From: Antedon mediterranea
Taxonomy: Eukaryota; Animalia; Echinodermata
Assembly: GCF_964355755.1 (NCBI RefSeq)
Contig: NC_092678.1
Location: forward strand, 14,472,371-14,536,370
Length of the DNA stretch: 64,000 nucleotides
Reading direction: 5' to 3'
Below, one piece after another: positions 1-14,741 of the stretch. A program made the translations under genes and the position numbers. The notes beneath the pieces were generated by a model. The model was not told where the DNA came from. It saw nothing but the letters and a program-made list of their open reading frames with translations, and did not search any database. The first letter of the stretch is position 1. Each line of letters opens with the position of its first letter.

Positions 1-268
1 TAGACCGCGTAATTTGTTATTGCGCACCGTGAAATCATAACCACATCGATTCCTGGCCATAAGGAATATTCTGTGAAAAATTGATTTAGCTAGATTAAAC
101 TGATATCAAGATAAGGTCATAAAGCGATAAAACGCATAGTGATACCGGACCGACAGACAGACAGACAGACCGACAGACAGACCGACAGACAGACCGACAG
201 ACAGACAGACAGACAGACCGACCGACCGACATAGTGAACTATAGAGTCGCTTCCACGCGACTAAAAAC
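1..268 (+). mobile_element. 3' end of a DINE-1/HINE-like (Helentron-associated) non-autonomous element
   Basis: (GACA/GACC)n microsatellite at 148-230, followed by terminal hairpin AGTCGC-TTCCAC-GCGACT (245-262) and an A-run. This is the typical HINE layout. Confidence 0.55.
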
Positions 269-3200
269 TTAACAATTATAAAGAGGGTAAAATAGATTCA
301 CACTGATGATGGGTAATGCTTCTCGAAACATGTATATAGGTGTCTACAACCATCGGTAACATCAGATTGAAACCTTCTGAAACGAGTTGTTTTATTTTCA
401 TGTTAATACGTCTAACTTCAAGTCAAAATGTTATTTTCGTGAACTTTAAAAATTATTCTATTGATTTGAAATATGATTCCTCCCACAAAATAAAAATTTC
501 TTATAATTAACATTTAAAGAAAACAAGCATGCCTGAAAACCTGGACAGCGATCAAATGTGTTTTGTTTCCATGTGTTTTTTTTTATCCTACAATAGATAG
601 CAATGAAAACCGGAGCCTTTGGAACAAATTCGAAGATTTTATAAGAAGTAAAATAGGAAGTGATGATTTAGAGAGTATTTCAAATGAAATAACTAGCATA
701 TGGGACTACGCTGGTCAACTGGATTACTATATAACGCATAGGGTATGCTTATCAATATGTTAATTATTAATAAAAGTAGTATTATTAAAGTATGTAAATA
801 GGATGTACATTGCATTTGACATTATCCCTACAATTAATAGGCAGGCGTGATATCGATATTACCGTTACCGAAATTGTATATCCATACAAACCTATTTTCT
901 GCCGTAACGTAACCATCCCATTAATATGATTAATTCTTCATTATTATACTATATCGTGGCCAATACAAGCTTAATGACATACTCCGGATAAATTTCCTTT
1001 TCACACCTGATTCATAACACGGGAATGACACTGGTTGCGTGTATTTACACTGCAAAATACCAACCCATGTAAATGTCCTAGATCAATCGAAATATCGCCC
1101 TATCACGCATGAAGAGACACCATAGTAACGGTCTGCTGATAATACCTCCCACAATTTTGTTTTATGGCAATACACACACACATTAAGTCTACTCGGGAAG
1201 AATAATATCTTGAAATAAAAATGAATAACAAATAACAATAAGTTTTAATTATTAAATAAGCGAATAAACAAAATCAATCTTATCCTAATTTTATTTAAAT
1301 TAAATACTATAGTGGGCGAAGATAGTAAACAAACGGGTAAAAATACGCTGAGCGTTTTACACCGCAAACACGGGTTCATCCCGGAAGCGTCCCGGGTTGA
1401 CTTGAGAATGGAGAATGCTCAAAATCATTAAATGCTACATTAATTGTCTGTGTTTTGTTCAGTTTTTCCTTACAAATACAGTGTCGTACTGCGTTGTGTT
1501 TAGTGCGTTGGATAAATTAGACGAACTAGCTAAAAGACGAGATCCAGCATTGGTAAGTTTAATAAGTTAGATTATGCTATTATATTAAAATGTAATATTA
1601 ATAGTTTAATATAAGGTACGTAGGCTATATATAATACACTATAATATCCTTTTAAATCCATTTTACATTTAAAATTAGGGTCCATTAGGAATGACTAATT
1701 TGGACATAATTCTGTTCTGGGTAAGGTCAGTATATGAACATACTGTGGTACAACATGCTTCAGGAAACACCATTTCAATTGATGGCAAAGTGATAAAATC
1801 GCCTCCCATCAGTTTGGTTGCTACTCATATAGACAAATTGCAAGGGAGAACATCAGAAAAGCTGAGAGAGGTAATAGCCACAATAAAATAGACAGATAGA
1901 TTTAGGAATATATATTGATTATTTCTGTCTATTCGATTATAACAGTGTTTTATTGAAGTAGCAGTTAATGTAAATACATAATTAATATACAGGTAATATA
2001 AAGAGCAATGGTCATAACGTTGAGTAATACAACATGCACAGATAAGAAGTTTGAGTGTAACATAATGGAATAAATATTATACTATAATATTTAAAAAAAT
2101 TCCTGCGAGCTTTTTTTTCGGGAGAAAAACAAAGTGTATACATTATTTTGTGAGTCGTTAAAAATCATCAATACATACTGTTATGCGTTTGGGTAACGGT
2201 TTCACAAGACAATTTAAATATTAGGCACACATTTATCACATCAATAGAAATAATAATATCAGAAAAAAGAGTGTGATTAAGTACTGATCAGTGCCGAGAT
2301 TAGTGCTTCAACAATCAACAAACGTGTATAATGATAACGATAAGAGCATTATATGTGTTTACAAATGAATGGTTTGTGTTGCAGGCTATGTACTAAATTG
2401 GACAGCCAACTATTTATCGACTTTATACTGTTATTAGACTTATAGCTTGAATAGTGTGTGTTCGCAAAAATCTTTCTTACAAAGTGTTTCAATTCAATTG
2501 TAGTATTGAACCAGTATATGCTTATTTAAAATGAATCACGATACCCCGTAACCGTATATACTGTATTATGTAAATATTTAACCAAACGGTTGCATTGAGT
2601 TTATTTCAGTATTGACACGAGCGTGGTTGTAGGCATAGTATGTATCGACATAGAACATCTCACGTAATATCAGTTATCTAGCTTTGTATCATCTGGACCG
2701 CTAGGCATGTAGGCCTACCGTACATACGATTTCTTATTTAAAAATAGTAATCCACTGAAACATTGAACATTGCATTTTGAATTGACAGACTTTAGCAGTA
2801 GGCATGGTTGGCAACATTAAACACACACTGCAATATATTACAGTTAAAAAGTATTAATTTGTTATAAACGTAAACTGTAACAATATTAATACATGTGCTG
2901 TTATTATTTGAAGGTTCAGAATATGTATAAGACCATTTTTGCTAAAATGGAAAGAATGGAATATGCCGAGCATGTAGATCGTGAAATGTACATGGTCAAC
3001 AACACGGTGAAATCACACGAAGGTATTGAGAAACTTAAGAGAAACGTTGTTAGATACATGGATGTAATAGGGACGAAGGTCATTCCTCTAAAGTGGCTTG
3101 ATTTTCAGGAAAGATTGCAAGGAATTGGAAAAACAAGACTTTGCATATCCTATAATGAGGTAAATCTTGATTGTACTTCCATTGTATAATAGCAATATCT

Positions 3201-6200
3201 ATTTCATACCATTTCTATGTATATATGATGGCAATTATTGTGTGCACAACATATTTAAGGTATGCAAATCACGTGTTTGCTCAAGAATAGTGTGACTCGA
3301 AGACCGCCTCGCAATACGTACAGTTTGTTAGATGATAGTGTGTTATTTTGTAACTAACTAAAAACAAAAATATTGTAGAGATTTGCAATTCCCCTAAAAG
3401 ACACTGTAGAAAAAACATTGTCATTTTTAGTATGATAGAATAACTATTTTTATGTTTTCTGATTTACAATTTATATAAAAACATAATTTTGAATATGTGA
3501 TTAAGTATGATTTTTACTATAGTATAGGTTTTGAAAAATACACTCTTTAAATTGTATCACATTTGAAAAAAAATTGTTACCGCATTAATGATATTGTATC
3601 ACATATCAAATTAATAGCATAATATGTGGATTTCTTTCTGCATGTAATGATTTTTAATTAAATTGTTTAGTTTGAAAAAAATACACTACGTATTAATTTT
3701 ACTTAATAGATTTTCCGATAGTTTATGCCCAATTTCGTCGCATTACCTTTATTTACCAGGCGTTAATCACAAGGATTCATGTGTATTCATCGGCGAAACC
3801 TTCTTCATGGATCACTGATCTTAACTAAACATTAAAACTGCATAAGTTAAAATCTGCAGAGTCACCGATGTCCAATGAGCTTAAGCTCATTTCTCATGTC
3901 GATGCCGTAGTTTTCAATCTCTTTTGATATTGTTGTCTCAGATATAATATACAATATTGTGCTTTTTTTTAATAATTATATTTTCGGCAGACAATCCACA
4001 ACTTCCCTGTGCAGAATATAATTTATCATTGTACTTCTTATTTCACAACTAACAGTACGTCTACATCGTAGTTATTTCTTCATTGTACTTCGAGCTGCAC
4101 TATGACAGACAATAATTATATAAAGTAAAACATTTACGTCAGCCTAATAACCAAATAAACTATCAATTATTTAACGAAACAAAACATTTAAATACAAATA
4201 CATCAAAACAACTTTATGCTTTAAACAATTGACGAGATTACACGTGTAAACTAAAAATGACATTATACACTTTAATAGCCTACTGTGACTTGTAATTGGA
4301 AGTGTAATTACCTCTATAATGACTACTATTTTAGTTTGTTATCACAATGTTGTTATTTAAGTATTAGTCAATATATATAAAATCGTTTTGATAAAATGTA
4401 TAATTTTGATTAGGCTACTCGAATTTGCACTGAATGTGGAATTTCCGAAGAAGCGATCATCGTTGCCATAAGGTAGATGAATGACATTGGAAAGATTATG
4501 TATTCCGAAAAAGACGAGAAATTAAAAAACACAGTAATAACTAATCTTCACACGATGATACAGATGTTGACAACTGTGATCACAGTATTTCCACCAGATA
4601 TTGAAGATGTAAGTAGACAAATCATAATAATTATCATAGTATTAGAATAAGAAAAAAATAGATAAAATATAAATTCTATTTTGCTGAAAACTGGAGTCTT
4701 CAATTGTGAAGAAATTTGTAGTAATTATTGTGTATACTTACTTACTTATTTGTAAATAGAAGAAAATGAAGACGCTATGGAAAAGACTTGAAGAAGAAGG
4801 TATTCTTGAGGAAAAGTTACTACGTTATTTGTGGACAACTCAAAACCGAGATCACTTCGAAATCTTCATTGAAGTGATGAGGGTGTTTTGGTTGCTCTAT
4901 GAGAAGAAGAGTGTAAGTATTATGTGCATCAATTGATAATTATAAGATATTATTCTCTCTCATCAATATTGTGTAATCACCAATGTTTATAATAACAGGT
5001 ACAAGAAGGTAACCGTGAATTCTTGGTTCCATGTCGGATGAAAGTTTTTACAAATACTAGTCTAGAAGTGACAAAAGATGACATGCATATGGTATCAATT
5101 TACCTGACTCCGACAGACTTTCTTCCTGAGGCTGTGTACCACACTTTAGTTGTTGTATTTCTTGAATTGATGAATGGTACAGATAGTGATGATTCAAAAG
5201 TGTTCCGGAATCGTAGTGATTTTGAATTTAAAGATCACAAAGTCAGTTTAGGTGCCGTACAAATTAATCGTGAAAATGAAAAACCACACGCAATTAAGGT
5301 AGGACAATTAATTGTTAGATATTTCTCACTATGTTTGTAGCATATAAATAAATATTAGATCAATTATTATATATAGTGCATGTATTACTTATAGTACATA
5401 ATGGCATAACGCATCTTGTACTACGCACCTACACCTACCAACTTAACATATCTCTTATTAAGTAATGTTTACAACAATAACACAAATCAACCAACCAAAT
5501 TAACTTTAATAAAGAGAAAGAAAGGCTTCATCAACAAACACTTACTTTTGATTTACTTTTGTTTTATTACTTAATAGCTGCAAATATATCGTAGGACAGA
5601 AAATAGTTTCGACACAGAAGTTGGTGGCGCCAAACCAAAAAAACGACAACTGAAACCGAGTGTTTGCATGGAGGTAATCATTAGTATGCATGATATTAAC
5701 ACTCCTGAATAAAATGTAATGTAAATGTAAATTAAATGTAATATCGTACACCACTTCCATGTGTTCAGGTACTAAGTTACTTGAGGGTCCAACTACAAAC
5801 CGTATGCAACATATATGAACGTAGTGGTTACAATCTACGTGTGGTATGCGATGCTTGTAATCCAAAGGAACATCACTTAGTTTACCTTGAAAAGTGTTTG
5901 AAGAATGATGTAGTTCCATGTGGAGAAGATACGACTATGAATACAGCTCATATCAAGCGATATTTTTCTAAAGGTAAATTTGTTTTCTGTTTATGTTCCT
6001 TCGTCAATTTCATTACCTCATCTTAATTAAATCTCAATCTTTTTTATCATCTTTATTCGTCATTACCATTGATAAATACATCAACAACACACTACAAAAT
6101 GAACTTAACTCGTTTGAAAAATTAGGAGTCTAATGACAGGCGCCTAGCAGAAGTGTTTCAGTTATGCTTCACATGTCATTGACGTTATCGGTTTATATTT

Positions 6201-7379
6201 TAATCTTTTAAAGAGCTGCTATATTATTTCATTGAGAGTTTAACAATAATACAGGTATCGCTCCCCTGTATTTCATTTAAAAAACTAAGATGTTTGTTCT
6301 TTTAGCAAAAGAGTATATAGCTCTTACAACTTTGTCACTCAGATACTGTGTCCGTGAGAGCTAATCTGTCACTAAACATTTGCAAGCTATTAGATAATTG
6401 AAATAATAGTACTATCAATATTTAAATTCAATATACAATACTGATATTACAATTAATTACTTTACAATAGTTATACACACATGATACAATAATATTGGTA
6501 AATTTTCTCATATAAAATATGTAAAATCTCTACGATTTCTACAAAACAAATGTTGCGTGGTAAAAATCCTCAGCCATCCAATCTGGCTCTTGAAAATAGT
6601 GTAGCTGCTCCTGTTGATTACTATATCGTCCAGTAGGCCTATTATGTCTAGAGACAATCAAAATAACCTGCATTTTACTTGTCTGCCACTACCTTTCCAG
6701 CACATAGGTTACTTTTTAAGTTCCCTGGGTCGTCGCAAATGTAAATACCATTTATGTTTCTGGCATGATACGGGGTAATATCATTTTACTACTATAAATC
6801 ATGTTAATTGTATTCCTATACCTATTATTATTTTCTATTACAAATAATACTATACACTGTGTCTATAATTCTTGTGGGCACATCTAATATACTAGCAGTA
6901 GGGTAAATTAGCTTGGAAAGTTTCTATGTCCGTCACTTTACCAAAATACTTTATTACCAAGCTTTTAAGACGTTTTTAAATTGTTGATCTTTTCACCCCA
7001 ATTATTTTGGGTTGTCAATGGAATTCTAAAACGTTTGATAAACCATCACTGCCTGAAGCCTTATTGGATTTCATTTTTAAAAAACGTGTTTTACATTTAT
7101 CAATGTTTAGAATACATTCACATATTTCGTGTTCTTCTGATAAGACGCTGACATTAGTATTATTTAGTAGGTAACTTAAAATACCTACAATTGTAGTTTC
7201 AGATCATTATATAATCATTATAATGTAACACAAAGAATCTAGAATTTATATTTTTAATGGAAATGGTTATTGTATTGTTTATTTACAACAGGTGTTGTTG
7301 GGGCATCCAGTTCAACTACAGGTATGTTGTATATATTATTGTATTGGTTTAGATTAAGTGAATATTAATTAAAATGTAC

Positions 7380-7511
7380 TGTTACGGGCTCGCTCGTTAG
7401 GCTGAAACCAACAATAAGAACATAACAAAACACGTTGTAGTTGTCGTCCATCTTTATTCATCTCCTCTCTTTTACTCTAGAGGGCTCACTTCCGTGTGAC
7501 AAACCATCACA
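7380..7511 (-). repeat. Short (~132 bp) 3' LTR of the Gmr1-like element
   Basis: TGTTAC...ATCACA termini, directly next to the polypurine tract (CACCCCCACTTAAA on +). Host sequence on the left matches the uninterrupted paralogous segment at ~12840. Confidence 0.7.
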
Positions 7512-10500
7512 CACCCCCACTTAAAGAACGTTTGATATGATTAAACTTATAACTGTTTACTATAACATCTTAAATCTTTTCTTATACAGTAGTTATTTTA
7601 ACAGGTCGTTGATATGAATTTACTTCAACTGCTTCTTTAAAATTTCACAAGTTATAATTACTTTAAATCCGTGTATGCCATTAATGCATCACTCTATCAC
7701 AACTAACATATTATAATGAAATAAACACTTTTAAAATCAACAAAACTTTTAAAATCATTTCATGCATGTTTTATCTAAACTCTTGACAAAGCGTCAGCTA
7801 CAACATTGTCTTTTCCTCTGATATGATGAATTTCCAGATTCATTTCTTGAACTGCTAAGCTCCATCTCAACAGGCGTTGATTCTTGTCCTTCATTCTTGC
7901 CAAGAACGTTAATGGGTTGTGGTCAGTCCAAACTATAATTGGAAACGGAGTAGATCCAAAATACACTTCAAAGTGCTTTAACGCTGACATCAAAGCTAAT
8001 GTCTCCTTCTCAACAGTAGAATAACGTTTCTCATGCTGGTTGAATTTTCTGGAGTAGAAACACACAGGCTTGTCAACACCATTCGCGTCTGTTTGCGCCA
8101 ACACAGCACCAGAACCAACATCACTGGCATCAATCATTAACGAGAACTGTTTATCAAATTGTGGAGCCATCAACACCGGTTCGTTTGATAACATTGCTTT
8201 AACTTTAATGAACGCATTATTGCATTCCTCCAACCACACACAACTTGCATTTTTTTCAGCAGATTCGTTAATGGAGCTACAAGCGTTGAGAAACTTCTGC
8301 AAAAACGTCGATAAAATCCAGCCATTCCCAGGAACCGCATTAACTCCTGCTTACTCTTTGGAACTGGGAAATCACAGACTGCCTTAATCTTAGCACTTAA
8401 TGGTTTCACTTTTCCGCAACCAACTTTATGACCTAAGAACGCAATTTCTGCACAGGAAAACTCGCTTTTCACCAAATTTACTGTCAACTTTGCAGCTGTC
8501 AACCTGTCAAACAATGCCTTAATTCTCTGCACATGGACATCCCATGTATCACTATAAACAACCAAATCGTCCATATAAGCTTCACAACCCTCCAACCCTG
8601 AAATTATACCATTAACCAATCTCTGGAACGTGGCTGGTGCGTTTTTTAAACCGAAAGGCATGACTTTATACTGATAAAGACCCATAGGAGTTACAAAAGC
8701 TGACATTTCTTTCGCACGCTCTGTTAAAGGAATTTGAAAGTAACCCTTTAGAAGATCAAATTTACTGACAAACTTAGCACTACCCACACGATCAATACAG
8801 TCGTCTATCCTCGGTATGGGATATGAATCTGTAGTAGATTTAGCATTAACCTTCCGATAATCAGTACAAAAACGATACGATTTATCTGGCTTCGGAACTA
8901 ATATACATGGAGAACTCCAAGCACTGCAACTAGGCTCGATGATATCATTCTTAATCATGTAATCAATCTCATTTTGTAATATCTTCATCTTGAACGGATT
9001 TGCTCTATATGGATTTTGTTTTATTGGTGAACAATCAGCTGTCTTAACGTCATGCTCCATTAAGTTCGTTCGCCTGGAACATCCGAAAACAACTGCAGAT
9101 TTCCAAATATCAAACTAACAATTTCAACCTTACGATCACAAGATAAATGACCAACTTTCTCTTCAATGTTTGCAAGAACATCTGAATTACTGAACTTAAC
9201 ACATGTATCAGGATCACCAAACTCTTCAGAATTCTCTTCAACAACACACGCAACTGGTGTTGACGTACAGGTATCACTATTATTTCTCGCTATGTATGGT
9301 TTCAACATGTTTATATGACGCAATCGCTTCTTCTTACGCCAATCTGGAGTATCTAACACATAGTCAACTTCTCCTACTCTTTCTAATACTTTTTAAAGAC
9401 CAGCAAATCTTGCAGATAATGGTTGACTGGGAAGAGGCAATATAACTAACACTTCATCACCTGAATTAAAGCTTCTCTTTTCTGATTTCCAATCAAACAA
9501 TCTCTTCATTTTACCCTGAGCCTTCACAAGATTATTTCTAGCCATCTCACGAGCACGATTTAATCGATCACGAAATTCAGACACATAATCTAGTATCGAT
9601 ACAGACTTTTCTGCATTCCCTAACAGCCTTTCTTTGACTATTTTAAGAGGGCCTCGGACCGAATGACCATACACCAACTCAAATGGGCTAAACCCTAAGG
9701 ACTCTTGCACTGTTTCACAAACAGCAAATAACAATAAGGGAACTCCCTCATCAAATTCCTTTTCACATTGAAAACAATAGGTTTTAATCATATTCTTAAG
9801 TGTTTGATGAAATCTCTCAAGTGCCCCTTGAGACTGTGGATGGTAAGCACTTGAACTTATATGGGCAACACCTAACTGCTCTAAGACTTGTTTAAAAATC
9901 TTTGACATGAGGTTTGATCCTTGATCGGACTTAACAGCTTTAGGCAATCCTACCCATGTAAAGAATTTCACCAATGCTTTAACAACATTCTTAGCTGTAA
10001 TACGCCTAAGAGGAATCGCTTCTGGAAACCTACTTGATGCACATATTATTGTTAATAGATACTCATTTCCATTTTTAGTACGTGGTAATGGTCCCACACA
10101 ATCAACAATAACTCTTGAAAATGGTTCACCAAATGCAGGAATAGGCTTAAGTGGGGCTACTGGAACCTTTTGATTAGGCTTCCCCACTACCTGACACGCA
10201 TGACAGGATTTACAATAGTTAGACACATCTTTTCTAAGACCTGGCCAAAAGAAATGCCTGAGAATTTTGTCTACCGTTTTATTGACACCTAAATGACCTG
10301 AAAGAGGATCATCATGCGCAATACCAATAATATCATGACGGTATCCACTAGGAATAACTTACTGGTGAATCTCATTCCAAACATCACTACTTGGAATATC
10401 TGGTGGCCTCCACTTACGCATAAGTATGCCATCCTTTATATAATAACAAACAGGAACAATAGACATTTCCTCTACAGAAAGAGCTTGCTGACCAAATGAC

Positions 10501-10660
10501 ACCAAATCAGGATCTTTACTCTGCTCTTCCACTAACCTAGACCGATTGAGAACTGTCGGACCGAAATCACACACTTTTGGGTGCTGTTGTTCAGCCTGGG
10601 CAGTGTGTGACTCGGGACCTGAGCAGACAGCCTCTTGGGAAACGCGATCCGTAATGTCTC
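7380..10660 (-). mobile_element. 5'-truncated Gmr1-like Ty3/Gypsy LTR retrotransposon (domain order IN-RT-RNaseH)
   Basis: Minus-strand integrase (VDCVGPLP, SDQGSN, GALERFHQTLK; 10574-9393) precedes RT (YMDD; 9060-8170) and RNaseH (IDASD, WTDHNPL, ADALSR; 8302-7775). PPT at 7512-7525. Frameshifted. Confidence 0.9.
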
Positions 10661-11975
10661 CGTAAAATTGTATAGATATTGTATTATTGTTTCGTTTTAT
10701 ATTATTGTATTGATAATATTTAAGTGTGTATCAAGTTGTTTTGTTATGTAATGCAATTGTTTTTATACTTTATGCATTCAATAATCCACTAACATTAAAC
10801 AACCTTTTTAAAGAATCGGAGCCAGAAGCAGACCAGGCGAAGCTAAACTTGGTACCTAGGGAAAATGAAGAACATGAGCCAGTGCTAGAGGTAGTACAAG
10901 TGCGTGTGTCATCACCAGGACATCAAGGTAACTATAATAGTAATTGTTATGACTAGCAGAAATTATACATACACTTTTGAAAGCACACCTTATTGGTGTA
11001 ATATAGGCATAATGTGTGAGGATTCTAATCGCTTGCAGTTGATTGAAATATCACAGTTGTCTATTCAGTAATACGATATGGCTGTAGATGTGCTTCTGAG
11101 GAAGTGTCGTGTCTGAGCTCTTCTGAAACTTGGGCCATATCGGCTTCTGTTTATTAGCATTACATAATCTCTGCGCTTAACTATTGGTTCTAAGTTTATC
11201 CAGGTACATTTGGAGGGAGTGATCGATGGTATCTGGGGGTTACAATGACGAATTTGCCCTTTAAAATGCCTAAAAAGAGACGATCTCTATTAGTTTTACA
11301 ATAGCAAAGTTCATAGGTCAGATAAACTTGTTTCTTTCGGTAACTAATTAAGCCTACAATGATCATTAAAATATCTGGTCAATTTCTTCACTGGACGAGA
11401 AAACATAATTTCTATGTTTTTTCTTAAAACAAATGACAATAAATGATACTTTACTTGACACTGCCAGCAGGCAACGAGGGGAGATTTTAAAACTTAAAAT
11501 GATATACTGTTTACAACTTTACAATCTCAATCTATTGGCACTGGCTAAGAGATGGAAGAAAGCCCATACAGACAAACCAAACAAAGAAGAAGAAGATGAA
11601 GACGACCAGTGAATTATCAAACATATCATAATGTTCACAAATGCGAATTAATATACACCAAAATAAAATACTTTGTTTATGAATCAGAGTCAGAAGCTAA
11701 CGAGGCGAATCAGCTAGTGCCAGTTACAGAGACAAAGGCAGAATCAGAGCCAGGCTCAGTACCTCGGACATACATTAATGTAGCCATTTTGTTTTATTTG
11801 GAGTACTATGTACCATTCTAATGATGAAAGCAGAAATATTTGTAAATGGATGTTTATGATTTTTTTATGGCAGTAAGACAAACTATATTTCTTTTGATAA
11901 CTGAGATAACAATTCAAATTGAATTTCTGATAATAAGAAGGTACACTTATTACATCTAAGACTTTGTTTTTGCAG

Positions 11976-12527
11976 AAAACCAAAAAGTAAATAAAATGAC
12001 AGACTTGAATGAGCATTTCAACGACTTAAAAGCTAATCTTAGTAAACATTATGCTGGTGATCACTATCGTTTGGTAAAACTATGCTTATACGATCACTTG
12101 CCCCTGGGAGACTTTGAAGGGCGTGGCTTAACAGCACACAATTTGTTTAATAAACTCCAGGCAAAAGGTTATATCGAACCTTCTAATGTCAAGTTACTCA
12201 TGGAGATCGCAAAACTGACATAGTTTAAGGTTGCTGAAATTCTTGTACTCGAGTATGTTAAGGATAACAATATTAAACAAACTCAAATTAATATAAAACC
12301 AATGTCGCCATATCGAAAACGGTTGTTTGATGCTTTACAACAAGTTGAAGGAGACAGTTTATCAAATGTTATTGCTTACTACAACCTTGAACATTTTGGA
12401 TTAACAAATATCTTGGATGTAGTTTTCAAATTAGAGAGTAACGAAGAATTGAAAGATGAACCAGGCACAATAGAGAAATTTGCAAGTCTTCTTAACGAAC
12501 GTGCTAAGAAGCTACTACTTGATACAG
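11976..12527 (+). pseudogene. Exon encoding a tandem pair of death-effector-domain-like folds (one in-frame TAG)
   Basis: FNDLKANLS...LFNKLQAKGYIEPSNVKLLMEI, then SPYRKRLFDALQQV...LDVVFKLE. ORFs 11996 and 12302 share a frame across TAG 12221-12223. Splice sites are phase 1 on both sides. Confidence 0.65.
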
Positions 12528-14741
12528 GTAATATAATTAATATATTCGTTCACTTACAAGTACCGATAATTTTCAATAATTTGGATAAACATTATGCTAG
12601 AATGTGTATTCTAGTACAATTTCAACAAGTCTTATTTTCACCAGCGAAGCTCGTTTGATAAGGCGCTGACATTAGTATTATTTAGTCAAGTTAGGATACC
12701 TAAAATTGTGATTTCAGATCATTATGATAATTATAATGTAACACAAAGAATCTGGAATTTATATTTTGTTTGGAAATATTGGGCATCCAGTTCAAATCAA
12801 AGTATATCATATTTATTATGGTTTTGGTTATGGATTAAGTGAATATTAATTAAAAGTTACAACTTTCTTAGCCTAATTATTCACTGTCACACAGAACAAG
12901 AACAATTGTGATACGTATGTTGTTTACAACATTGCGTACAAATAATGAACACGTTTAGACAACTAAAATAACTAAAAGTAACATCACAATTTGATCACTT
13001 TTAGGAAATTGCGACGAAAACGAAGGCGCACCACTGAGTCGTCCAAGTGAAGGTAAATAACCAGTAAATAAAGATAATAATGATATTATGTATTGTCATG
13101 ATGTGTTTAAATATATTTTGTTATTTTGACACAGTCTATTTTAAGTCAATACTAACTAAATACATAATCTATGAATATTCTTCTCTCTTTTAAGAAACTA
13201 TTCAATAATGTTTGATAACAAAAAAGTTGTCTTAAATTAAAACATTTAAGGATTTGGGTTCTTAGTTAGAAAATAGGTAAAAAGTTAACTTCACACTGTG
13301 ACCAGACGACGGAGGGTTTTAAAACCTAAAATGACATACTTTTTTAAAACTTTACAATGTCAACAATGTATCGTAATGTGCATGTGCCATCTCCAGGACA
13401 TCAATGTAACTATAATAGTATTATTTATGACTAATAATAATAGTAACATGTATCACTAGCGGAAGATTTAAATATTCTTTTGCAAACATACCTTTATAGT
13501 TTTTAATCCAATATGTTATTTATTTCTATCTCTTTCTTTTTTGTTGCATTTTGTTAACAATCGCATTTTTTTTCACTTTAGTGTTTTACATTTTTAATTA
13601 AAATGTGTTTGTTTAAATTTATAAAACAACATAATCTTTTATTTTCCACAATTCAATAACTAAGATAACAATACTTCCCAAAGCATATTCTAATTGGCTT
13701 TGTCTGCTAGTAATTACAACAGACCTACAATCTAGATGTTTTTGATGACCATATGTTTTATAATATCATTTTATAAGTGTGTTTTTTTTACGTTTGAGTT
13801 AATTTTACTATTGGGGCTCTATACGTTTTAAAGATTATTTCGTTCTAAAAAAGCGATAATTTATAGCGTTTTTTTGTGTTAATTTTTACGTTTTGCGCGC
13901 GTTTATTTTACAAGTTGCGTTGCGGCACTACATAATACTCTCACCTTATAAATATAAATATTGTTTTATTAATGGGTCTCTACATGTTTTAATGCTTATT
14001 TTGTAAGAAAAATGTTTTACGAATTGAGTTATTATGTTAGTGTGTTTTTTTCATATTTTTACTTTTGGATTGATTTTACGATTTATAAATATGTATAGTT
14101 TTTGTGATATTGATTTTTGACAATGTTAATTGTATTTGTTGCAGGTGTTGTTGGAGCATCAAGTTCATATCCAGGTATGTTATATTTGTGTTGGTAATGT
14201 TTTAGATTAAGTGGTTATTAATTAAAATGCACAAGTAACCTCACTGTCGCCCATGGATAGAACAGAGAACTGGAAATGGGAGTGTTTTTTACGAATAACA
14301 ATTTATAAAATTCTGTGCCATGTTTAATAAATTCATATAAAGTAACATCTCATCGTGATACTTGTAGGCAATAGTGACGAAAATGAAGGCGCATCATCGA
14401 GTCACCGATTTCATCCAAGTGAAGGTAACTTACTAGTAGACCAAGACTATAATGCAATAACTATGGTCATGATAATGAATAACACGATTACAAATAATTG
14501 TTAATAATCATGACACTGTTACCCATAAAGTAAGAGTCCTATACACTTATGCAAAATAATATAATGTTCACTATAAAGTGTACATTATGAGTGTACATTA
14601 TGATATACAAATTGGTGTTTCATTACTTAATTATATAAGCATAATCTTAAAGCAAGTGACAACAGTGATTATATTCATGTTAACCATTCTACTGTATTGA
14701 TTACATAATATTGTAAACATTGTTTTTATTTAACCATGTAG

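Noticed and set aside
830-1445. Possible DNA-transposon relic in ROCO intron 1
   Set aside because: CpG-richer than its surroundings, but no convincing TIR pair or TSD could be established.
11074-11142. Second hammerhead-like motif (CTGAGGA...GAAAC) within a 9-bp inverted repeat
   Set aside because: Stem II is only 2 bp and there is no properly placed cleavage triplet or stem III.
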